A stretch of DNA of 64,000 nt from Myxococcota bacterium (lineage in GTDB: Bacteria; Myxococcota; UBA4151), in the NCBI GenBank assembly GCA_036338695.1, contig JAYZBQ010000059.1:132-64131 (forward strand), written 5' to 3'. The notes beneath the pieces were generated by a model. It was not told the origin of the DNA. It ran no database searches and saw only the letters and a list, made by a program, of their open reading frames with translations. Below are positions 8,427 through 18,057 of the stretch, in pieces (position 1 is the stretch's first letter; each line of letters opens with the position of its first letter). The position numbers and the translations under genes were made by a program.

Positions 8427-9209
8427 GTGACGCTCTGGCGGTTGTTGGTGATGGCGTGCATGTTGGGGACGACAGCCTGCGCCAAAGAGGTCGTGCAGCA
8501 CAATTTGAGCGAACGACAAGCGACGCAGATCCAGGTGCTGCTCGAGAACGCTGGGATCGAGGCGGTCAAGGTGCGAGATCTTAAGGCGCGTACACCCAGC
8601 TTCTCTATTGAGGTGAGCCCAGGGGAGGCGAGTAAGGCGAGGCGCTTGTTGGTCCGTCATGACCTGCCGCGCCGCGAGAGCCGGGGAATGTCCGAGACCT
8701 TCTCGGCCGACCCAGGGTTGATCCCCACCGCCATGCAAGAGCGGGCGCGGCTGATCGCTGCGCTCTCGGGTGAGGTCGAGAAGAAGCTGCGGATGGTGCC
8801 GGGTGTCGCAGACGCACACGTGACCGTGGTGTTACCCGAAGACGACCCACTGCGTGACGTCGACGCGCCGGCGGAGCGGGCCACCGCGTCGGTCGTCTAC
8901 CGCTACCTCGTGAAGTCGGAAGCTGGCGAGAAGCCCCCGCTTGACGAGGGGGACTGTCGCTCGTTGGTCGCTGCGTCGATTCCGGGCTTGAGCCCGAATG
9001 ATGTCGTTGTCGTCGCCCGGCCAGCCATCGCTGATGTGTTTGAGAAGGTCGAGGGTGACCCGACCGTGAGCTTCCTTGGTGTCCGCGTCCATCCGAGCAG
9101 TCGGGGGCGTTTCCGCGCGGTGGTCTTCGGTCTGCTCGGCGTCTCGCTCCTGAGCTTAGCCGGTTTAGGCCTCGTGGTGATGCGACGGCGGCGAGAGGCG
9201 TCGGTGTGA
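8427..9209 (+). CDS. sctJ: Type III secretion inner-membrane ring lipoprotein (SctJ/YscJ family)
   Basis: Lipobox ...TTAC, HNLSERQATQIQVLL, GLIPTAMQERAR, LRMVPGVADAHVTVVLP, ASVV, SIPGLSPNDVVVV, C-terminal TM followed by RRRR. Confidence 0.85.
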   Translation: MTLWRLLVMACMLGTTACAKEVVQHNLSERQATQIQVLLENAGIEAVKVRDLKARTPSFSIEVSPGEASKARRLLVRHDLPRRESRGMSETFSADPGLIPTAMQERARLIAALSGEVEKKLRMVPGVADAHVTVVLPEDDPLRDVDAPAERATASVVYRYLVKSEAGEKPPLDEGDCRSLVAASIPGLSPNDVVVVARPAIADVFEKVEGDPTVSFLGVRVHPSSRGRFRAVVFGLLGVSLLSLAGLGLVVMRRRREASV

Positions 9210-10105
9210 GTGATCCTGCGCGCGACGCAGCGCTCGTCTGGGCGGTTGGGACGCGCGGGGGATTAGGTCATCTCGAGGGGTTACCTCCCGAGCGAATCGA
9301 GCAGCTAAGCGAAGCGGTACAGAAGGTGCTCGATCTGCCCCGCGAGCAGCGCGTCGCCTTCGCCGGGCGAGAGGCGCGGCGGCTGAGTGCCTCGCGGCTA
9401 CGTCGTGGCCTCGAGGGCATCGACCCGTCCTGGATCGTCGAGGCGCTGCGCGGTGAGGAACCCCATGTGGTGGCTGCTGCCCTGGTCTACTTGCCGACGC
9501 CAGTCCGTCGCACGGTCGTCAAGCTCCTGCCCCGCAAGGTGCGTGAGGCGATGCCCGACCGGAAGACGACGGCGAGCGTGGAGCAGCTCTGGCTGGTTCG
9601 CTGTCGCGACGTTTTAGACCGCCGTATTCAGACGCTGCTTCCGGACCTTCAGCGAGGCGCACAGATCGACGTGGCGGCGCTGGAGCTTCGGCTGCGTGCG
9701 CTGGGCCGGGTCGAGGCGGCGCTTGGCTTGTACCGAGTCGGCCGCTCAGCGCTCGCTCGCTTTATCGCCACGATGGAGCCAGAGGACCGAGCCTTGGTGC
9801 AAGAGGAGCTGAAAGCAGCCGACACGATGGAAGACGTTCGCGTGGAGCGTGCCGAGCGGTTCTGGGGGCGCGGCGCAGGCGTTGATCAAAAGGCAGACGA
9901 TCTCCACCTGCGGGCAGGGCTTTGGCAGCTCGCACATGTTCTGATCGTGGAGCGTTATGCGGCGCATCTGCGCAGCTACTTCTTGTACCTTCCGCGCCGT
10001 TGGGTGCAAGAGCTGGAGCTGATGACGGACAAGGTGCGCGAGCCGGAGGAGGGTTTTGCTGAGCGCCTGCTCACACACCTCGACTGGCTCCCAGGGGATG
10101 CATGA
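9206..10105 (+). CDS. T3SS-associated helical protein, FliG/SctK-like
   Basis: Coupled to sctJ by a GTGA overlap. IDPSWIVEALRGEEPHVVAAAL resembles the FliG-M EHPQ / SctK region. Position between sctJ and sctL matches SctK. Confidence 0.55.
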   Translation: MSDPARDAALVWAVGTRGGLGHLEGLPPERIEQLSEAVQKVLDLPREQRVAFAGREARRLSASRLRRGLEGIDPSWIVEALRGEEPHVVAAALVYLPTPVRRTVVKLLPRKVREAMPDRKTTASVEQLWLVRCRDVLDRRIQTLLPDLQRGAQIDVAALELRLRALGRVEAALGLYRVGRSALARFIATMEPEDRALVQEELKAADTMEDVRVERAERFWGRGAGVDQKADDLHLRAGLWQLAHVLIVERYAAHLRSYFLYLPRRWVQELELMTDKVREPEEGFAERLLTHLDWLPGDA

Positions 10106-10641
10106 TGGCGAGGATCATCAAGGCCGCGAAAGGGGAAGCCGAGCCGAGCCGAGCGCAGGTGGCGCGGCGTGTCGAAGAGGCCGAGGAGCAAGCTGAGGCT
10201 TTAGTACGCCAGGCTGGGCATGAAGGCTATGAGCAAGGTCGCCAGGAGGCTCAGGGCATGCTGGATCAAGTCCAAGAGCTCGAGCGGCAGCTGATCGAGC
10301 AGACGGATCGACGGATTCAGGGGGCCGCTCAGACCCTTGTCGAGGACCTCTTGCGCGCCGAGGTCGCTGACGCGGACGGGTTCCTCGATATGATCAGGCA
10401 CAGCCTGCGCGCCATGCGCCGCGGGCGCGAGATCTTCCTGAGGGTTCACCCGGACCGAGCGCAGTATCTTCAGACGCACCGTGACAGCCTGGTCGCCGTG
10501 CTCGGTCGGGCGCGGACGATCGAGATCCGAGAGGACATCTCGCTGGCGCTCGACGGCTGCGTCGTGGAGACCGACGCCGGCGTGCTCGACGTTGGCCTTG
10601 AGACGCAGCTAAGCGCTTTGTTTGAGGGGGTCGACCGATGA
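10102..10641 (+). CDS. sctL: T3SS stator, FliH/SctL family
   Basis: [10 protein letters not shown] (GxxxG repeat), [32 protein letters not shown]. Confidence 0.85.
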   Translation: MMARIIKAAKGEAEPSRAQVARRVEEAEEQAEALVRQAGHEGYEQGRQEAQGMLDQVQELERQLIEQTDRRIQGAAQTLVEDLLRAEVADADGFLDMIRHSLRAMRRGREIFLRVHPDRAQYLQTHRDSLVAVLGRARTIEIREDISLALDGCVVETDAGVLDVGLETQLSALFEGVDR

Positions 10642-12479
10642 GCTATCGCCGCAGTCGGGTGATCCCACGCGCTGAGGTCGAAGAGGGCGCTCGCCTGGGT
10701 GTCCTGCGTGCACGCGCCATCGACCGGGCGCGTGTGATCTTGGAGCGCGCGCAGAACAGCGCCGAGCAGATGCGTCAGCAGCAGCGCGCGCAAGCCGCTC
10801 AAGACACCGAGGTCGAGGCGGGGCGGCGCTTGCTCAAGGCGCTGATTCAGCGTGACACCACCCTGAAGTCGAGTCGGGTGACGGTCGAGCAGATCCTAAG
10901 CGAGGCGACGCAGCGCGTGATCGGACGCAGCGAGCTGAGCCCAGAGGCGGTCGCCACGCTCGACGAGCGCCTCAGTGAGCTTCAGCGGCGTGATCGTGCC
11001 ACGCTGACCCATCCTGAGGAGGACGCACCTCGGACGCAGCCGTGGTTTGATCCGCGGCCGGACGCACAGTGGCGCATTGCGTACAACGACCTGGACTTTG
11101 AGCTCGGCGAGCTCACCAGCGAGGAGGTGAACGAGGAGGCTGAGTCCGGATTTCAGACCGGGCTTCCACGCCTGGCGGATGTCGTGCGTACGGCGCGCCC
11201 TGTTCGCCTGCGCGGCGCAGTCCACGAGCTCACGGGGCTGGTCTTGCAGGCCTCCGTGACGGGGGTGCGCATCGGTGAAGTCTGTGAGGTGAGCGACCCG
11301 GACTCGGGCCGCGTGATCACCTGTGAGGTGGTCGGCTTTCGGGGGAACTTGGTGATGCTGATGCCACTCGGCGAGGCCTCGGGGATCGGGCCGGACTCTG
11401 AGGTGGTTCCGACAGGGCGGCCGCTTGAGGTGCGCGCCGGCTGGGGCCTCTTGGGGCGCGTGCTGGATGGCTTAGGGCGCCCTATGGACGGTGGTCCCGC
11501 GCTTGAGAGCGTCGATGGCTTGGAGCCGTGGTCGATCGATCGCACGGCGCCTGACCCGCTGACCCGAGAGCGAGTCTCCAAGCCGATCTCCATGGGGATC
11601 CGCGCCATCGATGGACTGCTCACGGTAGGAGAGGGACAGCGCATCGGCGTCTTCGCTGGCTCCGGCGTCGGGAAGTCAACCTTGATGGGACAGATCGCAC
11701 GCAATACCGAGGCGGAGGTCGTGGTCGTCTGTCTGATCGGCGAGCGTGGCCGCGAGGTCCGCGACTTCATCGAGGAGAGCCTCGGTGAGGAGGGCATGAA
11801 GAAATCGGTCGTCGTCTGCGCAACGTCCGATACGCCGTCGTTGGTGCGCCTGAAGTCAGCGTTTGTTGCCACGGCGATCGCCGAGTGGTTTCGCGATCAA
11901 GGAGCCAAAGTGCTGTTCATGATGGACAGCTCGACGCGCTTTGCCCGTGCGCAGCGGGAGATCGGACTGGCGCTCGGTGAGCCGCCCGCTCGACAAGGCT
12001 ATCCGCCGTCCGTGTTTGCCCAGATTCCGCGTTTGATGGAGCGCACGGGCAATTCAGCGCTGGGCTCGATCACGGCTTTGTACACGGTCTTGGTCCAAGC
12101 GGGCGATATGGAGGAGCCGATCGCCGATGAGGTGCGCGGGATCCTCGACGGGCACATTATCCTCAACCGCGACCTCGGCGCCCGCAATCACTGGCCGGCG
12201 ATCGACGTGCTGCCCTCGTTGAGTCGCGTGATGAACGGCATCGTCGACGCCGAGCATCGCACCGCTGCTGCTGCGCTGCGAGAGGTGTTGGCTGCCTACG
12301 AGAAACAGCGCGATTTGATCTTACTCGGCGCCTACGAGTACGGCTCGGATGACGCAACCGACTACGCCATCGACCGGATCGAAGAGGTCGAAACCTTCCT
12401 GAGGCAAGGGACGGAAGAGTCGCAAATTCTCGGCGCGACGCGTGAGGACCTTGTCCAGCTCTTCGCTGATCGGGTTTAG
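10638..12479 (+). CDS. sctN: T3SS ATPase (SctN/FliI) with a fused N-terminal SctL-like helical domain
   Basis: Walker [56 protein letters not shown]. About 170 extra N-terminal residues (SRVIPRAEV...[16 protein letters not shown]). Confidence 0.92.
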   Translation: MSYRRSRVIPRAEVEEGARLGVLRARAIDRARVILERAQNSAEQMRQQQRAQAAQDTEVEAGRRLLKALIQRDTTLKSSRVTVEQILSEATQRVIGRSELSPEAVATLDERLSELQRRDRATLTHPEEDAPRTQPWFDPRPDAQWRIAYNDLDFELGELTSEEVNEEAESGFQTGLPRLADVVRTARPVRLRGAVHELTGLVLQASVTGVRIGEVCEVSDPDSGRVITCEVVGFRGNLVMLMPLGEASGIGPDSEVVPTGRPLEVRAGWGLLGRVLDGLGRPMDGGPALESVDGLEPWSIDRTAPDPLTRERVSKPISMGIRAIDGLLTVGEGQRIGVFAGSGVGKSTLMGQIARNTEAEVVVVCLIGERGREVRDFIEESLGEEGMKKSVVVCATSDTPSLVRLKSAFVATAIAEWFRDQGAKVLFMMDSSTRFARAQREIGLALGEPPARQGYPPSVFAQIPRLMERTGNSALGSITALYTVLVQAGDMEEPIADEVRGILDGHIILNRDLGARNHWPAIDVLPSLSRVMNGIVDAEHRTAAAALREVLAAYEKQRDLILLGAYEYGSDDATDYAIDRIEEVETFLRQGTEESQILGATREDLVQLFADRV

Positions 12480-12481
12480 CG

Positions 12482-12958
12482 ATGGCGGACGCCTATCGGT
12501 TGGCTGCGCTGCTCAAGCTGCGCCAGCGCGCCCGGGAGGAGGCTGAGCAACAGCTCGCCGTCGCACAGTCGGCACAGAAAAAGGCGGAGCAGCATGTCGA
12601 GGCGGCGCAGAAGTTTGAGGCTGCTTGCCGCGCACGCGTCGAGGAGGCGAAGGCGCAACTCTACGCCGGCGAGGGGCTGACGATCGGCAAGATTCAGTCG
12701 CGCGAGCAGTACATCAAGAGGCTGGTCGCCGAGCTGGAAGAGGCGCTCGAGGCGGTGGCGCAGGCGGAGCGAGCGCTCGAAGCGGCGCGCCAGCAGGTCC
12801 GCGAGGCCAACGCCGCCATGGTCAAAGCAAAGCAGGACGAAGAAGCCCTGATCAAACACCGCGAGAAGTGGGAGAAGGAACAGCAAGTGATCCAGCGCCG
12901 GCGAGAAGAGGACGAGGCGGACGACATCGCGCAGACGCTCTGGCGCAGTAAAAAGTGA
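12482..12958 (+). CDS. sctO: T3SS stalk, SctO/FliJ family coiled-coil
   Basis: YRLAALLKLRQRAREEAE...LIKHREKW...REEDEADDIA, immediately after the ATPase. Confidence 0.8.
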   Translation: MADAYRLAALLKLRQRAREEAEQQLAVAQSAQKKAEQHVEAAQKFEAACRARVEEAKAQLYAGEGLTIGKIQSREQYIKRLVAELEEALEAVAQAERALEAARQQVREANAAMVKAKQDEEALIKHREKWEKEQQVIQRRREEDEADDIAQTLWRSKK

Positions 12959-13200
12959 GACCTTGGTGGCTGCTCGTCTGGACGCTCGTCAGCTGCCGCT
13001 GTGAGCGAATCGAGACGATCTCGGTTGCAGCGCCGATGGGCGAGGAGGCAGGCCCGAGCGCAACCATCCCGAGCGCTGCGCAGCCACCCGTACCCCGGCT
13101 GGATCGTTTGGTCCACGATGAGGCGAGCGTCGAGCGCAGCGTGCGTGCGCTCAAAGGGATGGGATTAGGCCGTTTGATCGATGGGGGACCGACGCCCTAG
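12955..13200 (+). CDS. Small putative exported/lipoprotein at the end of the T3SS-like operon
   Basis: GTGA overlap with the sctO stop and hydrophobic N-terminus MRPWWLLVWTLVSC. It overlaps the prmC 3' end by 36 nt. Confidence 0.4.
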   Translation: MRPWWLLVWTLVSCRCERIETISVAAPMGEEAGPSATIPSAAQPPVPRLDRLVHDEASVERSVRALKGMGLGRLIDGGPTP

Positions 13201-14037
13201 CGTGACGCGCTCGCGCTGTCCGAGGTCTCGGTGCGTCGCCACGTCATAAAACCCTGCGTCGTGAAAGAGCGAGCGCAGCGCGTCACCTTGTTGATGACCA
13301 TGCTCCATGAGCAGCCAACCGCGCTCGCTGAGATGATCCTTGGATTCCGGGATCAATCGCCGGATCAAGTCGAGGCCATCGTCCCCTGAGAACAGCGCCA
13401 ACTCCGGGTCGTGATGGGCGACTTCCGGGTCGAGCGTCGGTCGCTCGGACCAGCCGATGTAGGGCGGGTTGCAGACGATCAGGTCAAAGCCCACACCGAG
13501 TCCTTGAAGCCCATCGGCGTGCACCCACTCAAGCGTTTGGTCCGGTACGCACTCCCTGGCGTTACGCCGCGCGACCGCCAGCGCCGGCTCGCTGATGTCA
13601 CTCGCCACGACCCGCCATTGCGGTCGCTCGGCCGCCAAACTGATCGCTAGGCAACCGCTCCCTGTGCATAGGTCCAAGACCTTCGCCTCGGTGGGCAGCT
13701 CCAGCTCGAGGCTGAGCGCGACGAGCTGCTCTGAGTCTGCGCGCGGTGAGAGCACGTCGCCGTCAACGAAGAAGTCATGATTCCAGAACCCTTTTCGCTG
13801 CAAGATGCGGCTGACCGGCTCGCGCCGCCCGCGCCGTTGCAAGAGCGGGCGAAAAGCTGCGAGCTCAGGCTCATTGAGCGGTCGGTCGGTCTGCAGGTAG
13901 AGATTGAGACGTTTCATCCCGAGTGCGTGTGCCAGCAGGGTCCCGGCGTCGACCTTGGGTTGGTCGACTCCTCGCTGCGCCAGCCAGGCTTCGCTGACCT
14001 TCAGGATCGAGCCGATGGTGTGGGTTTGAGCGTTCAT
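13165..14037 (-). CDS. prmC: Release factor glutamine methyltransferase
   Basis: RRGRREPVSRI, VLSPRADSE, LDLCTGSGC, NPPY, ALFSGDDGLD. Confidence 0.95.
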   Translation of the reverse strand: MNAQTHTIGSILKVSEAWLAQRGVDQPKVDAGTLLAHALGMKRLNLYLQTDRPLNEPELAAFRPLLQRRGRREPVSRILQRKGFWNHDFFVDGDVLSPRADSEQLVALSLELELPTEAKVLDLCTGSGCLAISLAAERPQWRVVASDISEPALAVARRNARECVPDQTLEWVHADGLQGLGVGFDLIVCNPPYIGWSERPTLDPEVAHHDPELALFSGDDGLDLIRRLIPESKDHLSERGWLLMEHGHQQGDALRSLFHDAGFYDVATHRDLGQRERVTLGRRSPIDQTA

Positions 14038-15398
14038 GCTCCTAATACTTTGCCAGGGTTGAAGAGCAGCTTGGGGTCCATGACCGCTTTGAGCCGATGC
14101 TCAAGCGCCATGCGCGCCGCGCCGGCTTCCCATGGCAACGCGTGACGTTTCGCCAAGCCGATGCCGTGCTCACCGGTGATCGTTCCGCTCAGGTCGATGG
14201 CGATCCGAAAGACGTGGTCTTGGAGCGCCTCGACCTCGGCGCGCTGGGCTTCACGATCGAAGAGGATGTTGACATGGAGGTTACCGTCACCTGCGTGTCC
14301 GTAGGTTGCGACCTCAAAGGGGGTGGCTGACGCAGCCTCGCGGATACGCTCGACCGCCGTCGCAAGCTGACCGCGCGGCACGGCGATGTCTTCGCTGACC
14401 TTGAGCGCCCGGCGGTCGCGCAGCGCCACCGAGAGGTCTCGGCGAGGCGCCCAGATCCGCTCGCGTTGACTCGGTGTCTGAGCCACCATCGTCTCTAGAG
14501 GCTGCGCCGCCTTGGTAAGCGTCAGGAGCTCATCGAGCGACTGATCTTCGGTGCCGTCGGTCTCGAGGATCAGCGCCGCTTGGCACCCTTGGGGCAGCGC
14601 ATGTTGCTCTAGGTTGCTGATCGTGTCGCAGCTGATCTCATCGAGCAGCTCCGCACACCTCGGCATCACGCCGCTGCGAAACAACGCGCCGACAGCCTGA
14701 ACGGCTGCGGCGGTGCTCTCGAAGGTTAGCAGCGCCGTCTGCACGGTTTGAGGGCGAGCGACCAGCCGCATCGTCACCTCGGTGATGAGCCCGAAGGTCC
14801 CTTCCGAACCGAGCAGCAAGCCCGACAGGTTGGTGCCGGCCACCGATTTGATGGTGTCGGCGCCGGTGCGAACGACCTCGCCCTGCGCGCCGACATAGGT
14901 GAGCCCAAGCAGGTAGTGCCCGGTCAGGCCGTACTTGACCGCTTTGGGTCCGCCGGCGTTGGTCGCCACGTTCCCGCCGATCGAACTGATCGCAAGGCTG
15001 TTTGGGTCCGGTGGATAGAAGAGCCCGTGAGCGGCTGCCTCCTCGTCCAACCGAGCGGCGAGCGTCCCTGCCGAGCACGAGACGACCAAATCGTCGGCGC
15101 GCACGATCGGCGCCCCGTTCATGCGCTCAGTCGAGAGCACCACCGATCCGGGGCTAGGGATGCACCCCCCCGCCTTGCCTGTCCCCGCGCCGCGGAACGT
15201 TACGGGCACGCCGAGCTGGTAAAGATGCGCCACCAACTCAGCCGCCTGCTCGGTGGTCTCCGGTCGCACGACGAGTTCAGGGGTTTGCGGCGACAGGCCG
15301 CTCCAGTCGCCTGCGTAGCGAGCGCAGCGCTCAGGGTCGGCGACGACACAGCGTTCACCAAACCGCTGCGCCAACGCTCCGATCAGAGCCGGGCTCAC
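14034..15398 (-). CDS. FAD-linked oxidase (GlcD / D-lactate dehydrogenase family)
   Basis: RGAGTG, FYPPDPNS, IGGNVATNAGG, GSEGTFG, GHAGDGNLH, GEHGIG, NPGK. Confidence 0.92.
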   Translation of the reverse strand: MSPALIGALAQRFGERCVVADPERCARYAGDWSGLSPQTPELVVRPETTEQAAELVAHLYQLGVPVTFRGAGTGKAGGCIPSPGSVVLSTERMNGAPIVRADDLVVSCSAGTLAARLDEEAAAHGLFYPPDPNSLAISSIGGNVATNAGGPKAVKYGLTGHYLLGLTYVGAQGEVVRTGADTIKSVAGTNLSGLLLGSEGTFGLITEVTMRLVARPQTVQTALLTFESTAAAVQAVGALFRSGVMPRCAELLDEISCDTISNLEQHALPQGCQAALILETDGTEDQSLDELLTLTKAAQPLETMVAQTPSQRERIWAPRRDLSVALRDRRALKVSEDIAVPRGQLATAVERIREAASATPFEVATYGHAGDGNLHVNILFDREAQRAEVEALQDHVFRIAIDLSGTITGEHGIGLAKRHALPWEAGAARMALEHRLKAVMDPKLLFNPGKVLGA

Positions 15399-16048
15399 GG
15401 GGTGCCGTCGCGGAAGACTCGGGCGCTGACCTCCAACGAGAGCACGCCGTCGACCACCCGGGGGGCGGTCGCTGAGATGGGGAGGATCTGCCCTGAGCCT
15501 CTCGATTGTTTCGCGATCCGCTCGATCGCATCGAGACGTGCCCGCTGGATGTGCGTCGCGCTCGGCTTGACCTTACCGATGGTGATTTTGCCGGTCGCCA
15601 TGGCGGCGGTGCCCCCTGGGTTGGGGACGCGCAGCGTGATGGTCGCCACGTTGAGCCCAAGCTCTTGGGAGCGCTCGATCTGGTGCGGCGGGAGCTGCGC
15701 AGGGCTCTGCGGCATCACGATCACCTTGTCTTCGCCAGTCACCGCATAGCGCAAGCCGCTGATCGCCTGCGCAAGCCCTTTACGTGCCCGGGCGTCTTCG
15801 GGGCGCAGGGGGCGTGGTTTCGCCGGGATGGTCGCATAGCCTCTCGCCACGAGCGCCAGCTCCTGATGCTTTTCGACCATAAGGTCTGCAGCCGCCGGTT
15901 TATTTCCTGCGTCGGGCTGAGCGGCGGTCACCGCAATCGGAGCGATACCCGCTCCGGCGTCTGGAGTGGTCTTTGGCTGCGACGACGACGTGCAGCTTTT
16001 GCACCCGCTGAGTGCCAGGCAGGCGGTCAGCGCACTGAGTGTTCGCAT
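15395..16048 (-). CDS. Hypothetical lipoprotein
   Basis: MRTLSALTACLALSGC lipobox, followed by the myxobacterial-type DAG linker. Confidence 0.7.
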   Translation of the reverse strand: MRTLSALTACLALSGCKSCTSSSQPKTTPDAGAGIAPIAVTAAQPDAGNKPAAADLMVEKHQELALVARGYATIPAKPRPLRPEDARARKGLAQAISGLRYAVTGEDKVIVMPQSPAQLPPHQIERSQELGLNVATITLRVPNPGGTAAMATGKITIGKVKPSATHIQRARLDAIERIAKQSRGSGQILPISATAPRVVDGVLSLEVSARVFRDGTP

Positions 16049-16059
16049 GATCGGTTCGC

Positions 16060-17088
16060 CTATTTATCGTCCGGTGTGGGGGGAGCGGGCGCCGGGGCGG
16101 GCTCCGGCTGGGGCGCAGGCGCTGGGGCGGGCGCCGGCGTGGGAGCAGGCGCTGGCTGCGCAGCGGCGGGCGCAGCGGGTGCTGCCGGGATCGGCAGCGC
16201 GATGGGGGCCTTGCGGAGGCGCTCGGCGGCGGCGCTGGTCTTTACGCTGCCTGCGGCTGCTGCCGGGCGCGCCGCTTTCTTCTTCTTCTGCGCTTTCTTA
16301 CCGACAGGGATCCGCCACCAGATCGACAGCTGCGGCAGGAAGTCGGCGTCCGGTCGTCCTTCGGGAGCCACGCGATTCATGGGGATCCAGAGCGGGTTGT
16401 AGAGTACGGCGACGCCGATACGTGTCGATTGACCGATCGCTCGGAGGTATTCCATTTTCCCTGTAAAGGTGGGGAGCGGCTCAAGGACTGAGCCGTTGTC
16501 GAGCGTGGTCCCGCCGACTGGTAGGGTGTAGTGCACCTGCAAGGCGACCGCGCTGTAATCGTCGATGACGCGCAAGTAGTCGACGTCCACCCACGGCTGG
16601 TTCACGCCAAAGCGGAGGATGTCCTCGGCTTCGTCCTGGCGCATCCCGGTGATCCCCTTCGTCGCCGCCCGATAGCCCGGCGAGACGGACAAGAAGGTCC
16701 CTTTGTTGACTTTGATGGTCATCGGCATCGAGATACCAAGGACCGTGTAGTCTTGATTTTGACCATCAAAATCGGGTGAGTAGACGAGCTCAGGCGCTAG
16801 CGACAAGATGAAGTTGGGCGTGTTCACCATGCGTGACTTGATGCGCATGTTGGTGATGCCCGTCATGAAGAGCAGCAGCGAGCTCTCGATGGTGAGGTCG
16901 TCCGTGAGCCCAAAGGCCGAGTTACGCCGAATCATCTGAGGCGAGAAGTAGCTCGCCACCAAGGGGAACAAGAAGCTGTCCTTCTCGAGGGTAGCCGCCG
17001 AATTGTAGACGAACGGTCGGTCGTAGCTAAAAGCGGGTTGAATCGGCTGTGCGGCGAGCGCGAGGCTAGCGATGAGGGTCGGCGTCAT
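16060..17088 (-). CDS. Putative outer-membrane beta-barrel protein with Lys/Pro/Ala-rich C-terminal tail
   Basis: Start ATG 17088 with GGAG RBS, signal-like N-terminus, alternating amphipathic strands, C-terminal (PA)n run. Confidence 0.6.
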   Translation of the reverse strand: MTPTLIASLALAAQPIQPAFSYDRPFVYNSAATLEKDSFLFPLVASYFSPQMIRRNSAFGLTDDLTIESSLLLFMTGITNMRIKSRMVNTPNFILSLAPELVYSPDFDGQNQDYTVLGISMPMTIKVNKGTFLSVSPGYRAATKGITGMRQDEAEDILRFGVNQPWVDVDYLRVIDDYSAVALQVHYTLPVGGTTLDNGSVLEPLPTFTGKMEYLRAIGQSTRIGVAVLYNPLWIPMNRVAPEGRPDADFLPQLSIWWRIPVGKKAQKKKKAARPAAAAGSVKTSAAAERLRKAPIALPIPAAPAAPAAAQPAPAPTPAPAPAPAPQPEPAPAPAPPTPDDK

Positions 17089-17167
17089 ATGAAGTCTCCG
17101 TAGGGGCACGCTATCAGCGGTGACCGGCTCGATCAACGCCTACGATGGGTGCGCGGGCGCAGAGTCC

Positions 17168-17204
17168 AAAAACGACGAAGCTCGCCCCACAGGCGAGCGT
17201 CGTT
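17168..17204 (-). terminator. Rho-independent terminator after rplM-rpsI
   Basis: Minus strand AACGACGCTCGCC-TGTGG-GGCGAGC(TT)CGTCGTT followed by TTT. Confidence 0.7.
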
Positions 17205-17227
17205 GGTTTGCGCTGACCGTCGAGGCG

Positions 17228-17617
17228 CTAGCGCTTGCTGAACTGGAACTTCTTACGAGCGCCGGGCTGACCGTATTTCTTACGCTCGACCATGCGAGCG
17301 TCTCGGGTCAGGTGCCCCGCTTTCTTGAGCGCCGGTCGGAAGTTTTCGGTGTCGAGGCTGTTGAGCGCCCGAGCGATCCCGTGCCGCAGCGCGCCCGCTT
17401 GACCGCTTTTGCCCCCGCCATCGCAGCGCGCAACGACGTCGAACTTCTCGCTGGTCTCGGTGACGTCGAAGGGTTGGTTGAGGATGAGCAGATGGACCGC
17501 TCGTCCGAAGTATTGGTTGGCTGGCATCCCGTTGACGGTCACCTTGCCCGTGCCCGGGGTGAGGTACACTCGAGCGGTTGCCGTTTTGCGTCGACCTGTA
17601 GCGTAGATACGAGACAT
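17228..17617 (-). CDS. rpsI: 30S ribosomal protein S9
   Basis: [50 protein letters not shown]. Confidence 0.99.
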   Translation of the reverse strand: MSRIYATGRRKTATARVYLTPGTGKVTVNGMPANQYFGRAVHLLILNQPFDVTETSEKFDVVARCDGGGKSGQAGALRHGIARALNSLDTENFRPALKKAGHLTRDARMVERKKYGQPGARKKFQFSKR

Positions 17618-17620
17618 GGA

Positions 17621-18049
17621 TCAGATCTCCAGCGGCTGCGGAGCTTGACCATCGTGGCTGTGCTCGGCGCCGGTGTATACATGCAGTTTCTTGAGCATGG
17701 CGCGCCCGAGGCGACCCTTGGGCAGCATCCCTTTGACAGCGTTCGTGATCAGGAACGCCGGGTCGGTCTCACGCTTCGCCTTGACCGTGCGGCTATTGAT
17801 TCCGCCCGGGTGGTTGGTGTGCCAGTAGTAGACCTTGTCCTCTTCTTTGTTCCCGGTCACGGCGACCTTCTCGGCGTTGATCACGACGACGTGATCGCCG
17901 CAGTCCACGTTGGGTGTAAAGAAGGGCTTGTGCTTGCCGCGCAGGACGGTCGCAATGCGGGTTGCGGCGCGCCCGAGGACTTTGTTGTCCAAGTCCACGA
18001 CGTACCAGTTACGCTCGACATCTTGCTCGCGAATGGATTCAGTCTTCAT
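17621..18049 (-). CDS. rplM: 50S ribosomal protein L13
   Basis: WYVVD...LGRAATRIA...LRGKHKPFFTPNVDCGD, AVKGMLPKGRLGR. Confidence 0.99.
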   Translation of the reverse strand: MKTESIREQDVERNWYVVDLDNKVLGRAATRIATVLRGKHKPFFTPNVDCGDHVVVINAEKVAVTGNKEEDKVYYWHTNHPGGINSRTVKAKRETDPAFLITNAVKGMLPKGRLGRAMLKKLHVYTGAEHSHDGQAPQPLEI

Positions 18050-18057
18050 TGGCTACC

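Noticed and set aside
8427-12958. Flagellar fliF-G-H-I-J or F1-ATPase interpretation
   Set aside because: The first gene is a short lipoprotein of SctJ type rather than a two-TM FliF. No flagellar or atp genes are nearby, and the ATPase motifs are SctN/FliI type.
16075-16200. GC-rich short repeats as a VNTR or mobile element
   Set aside because: They encode the Pro-Ala tail of the 16060-17088 protein.
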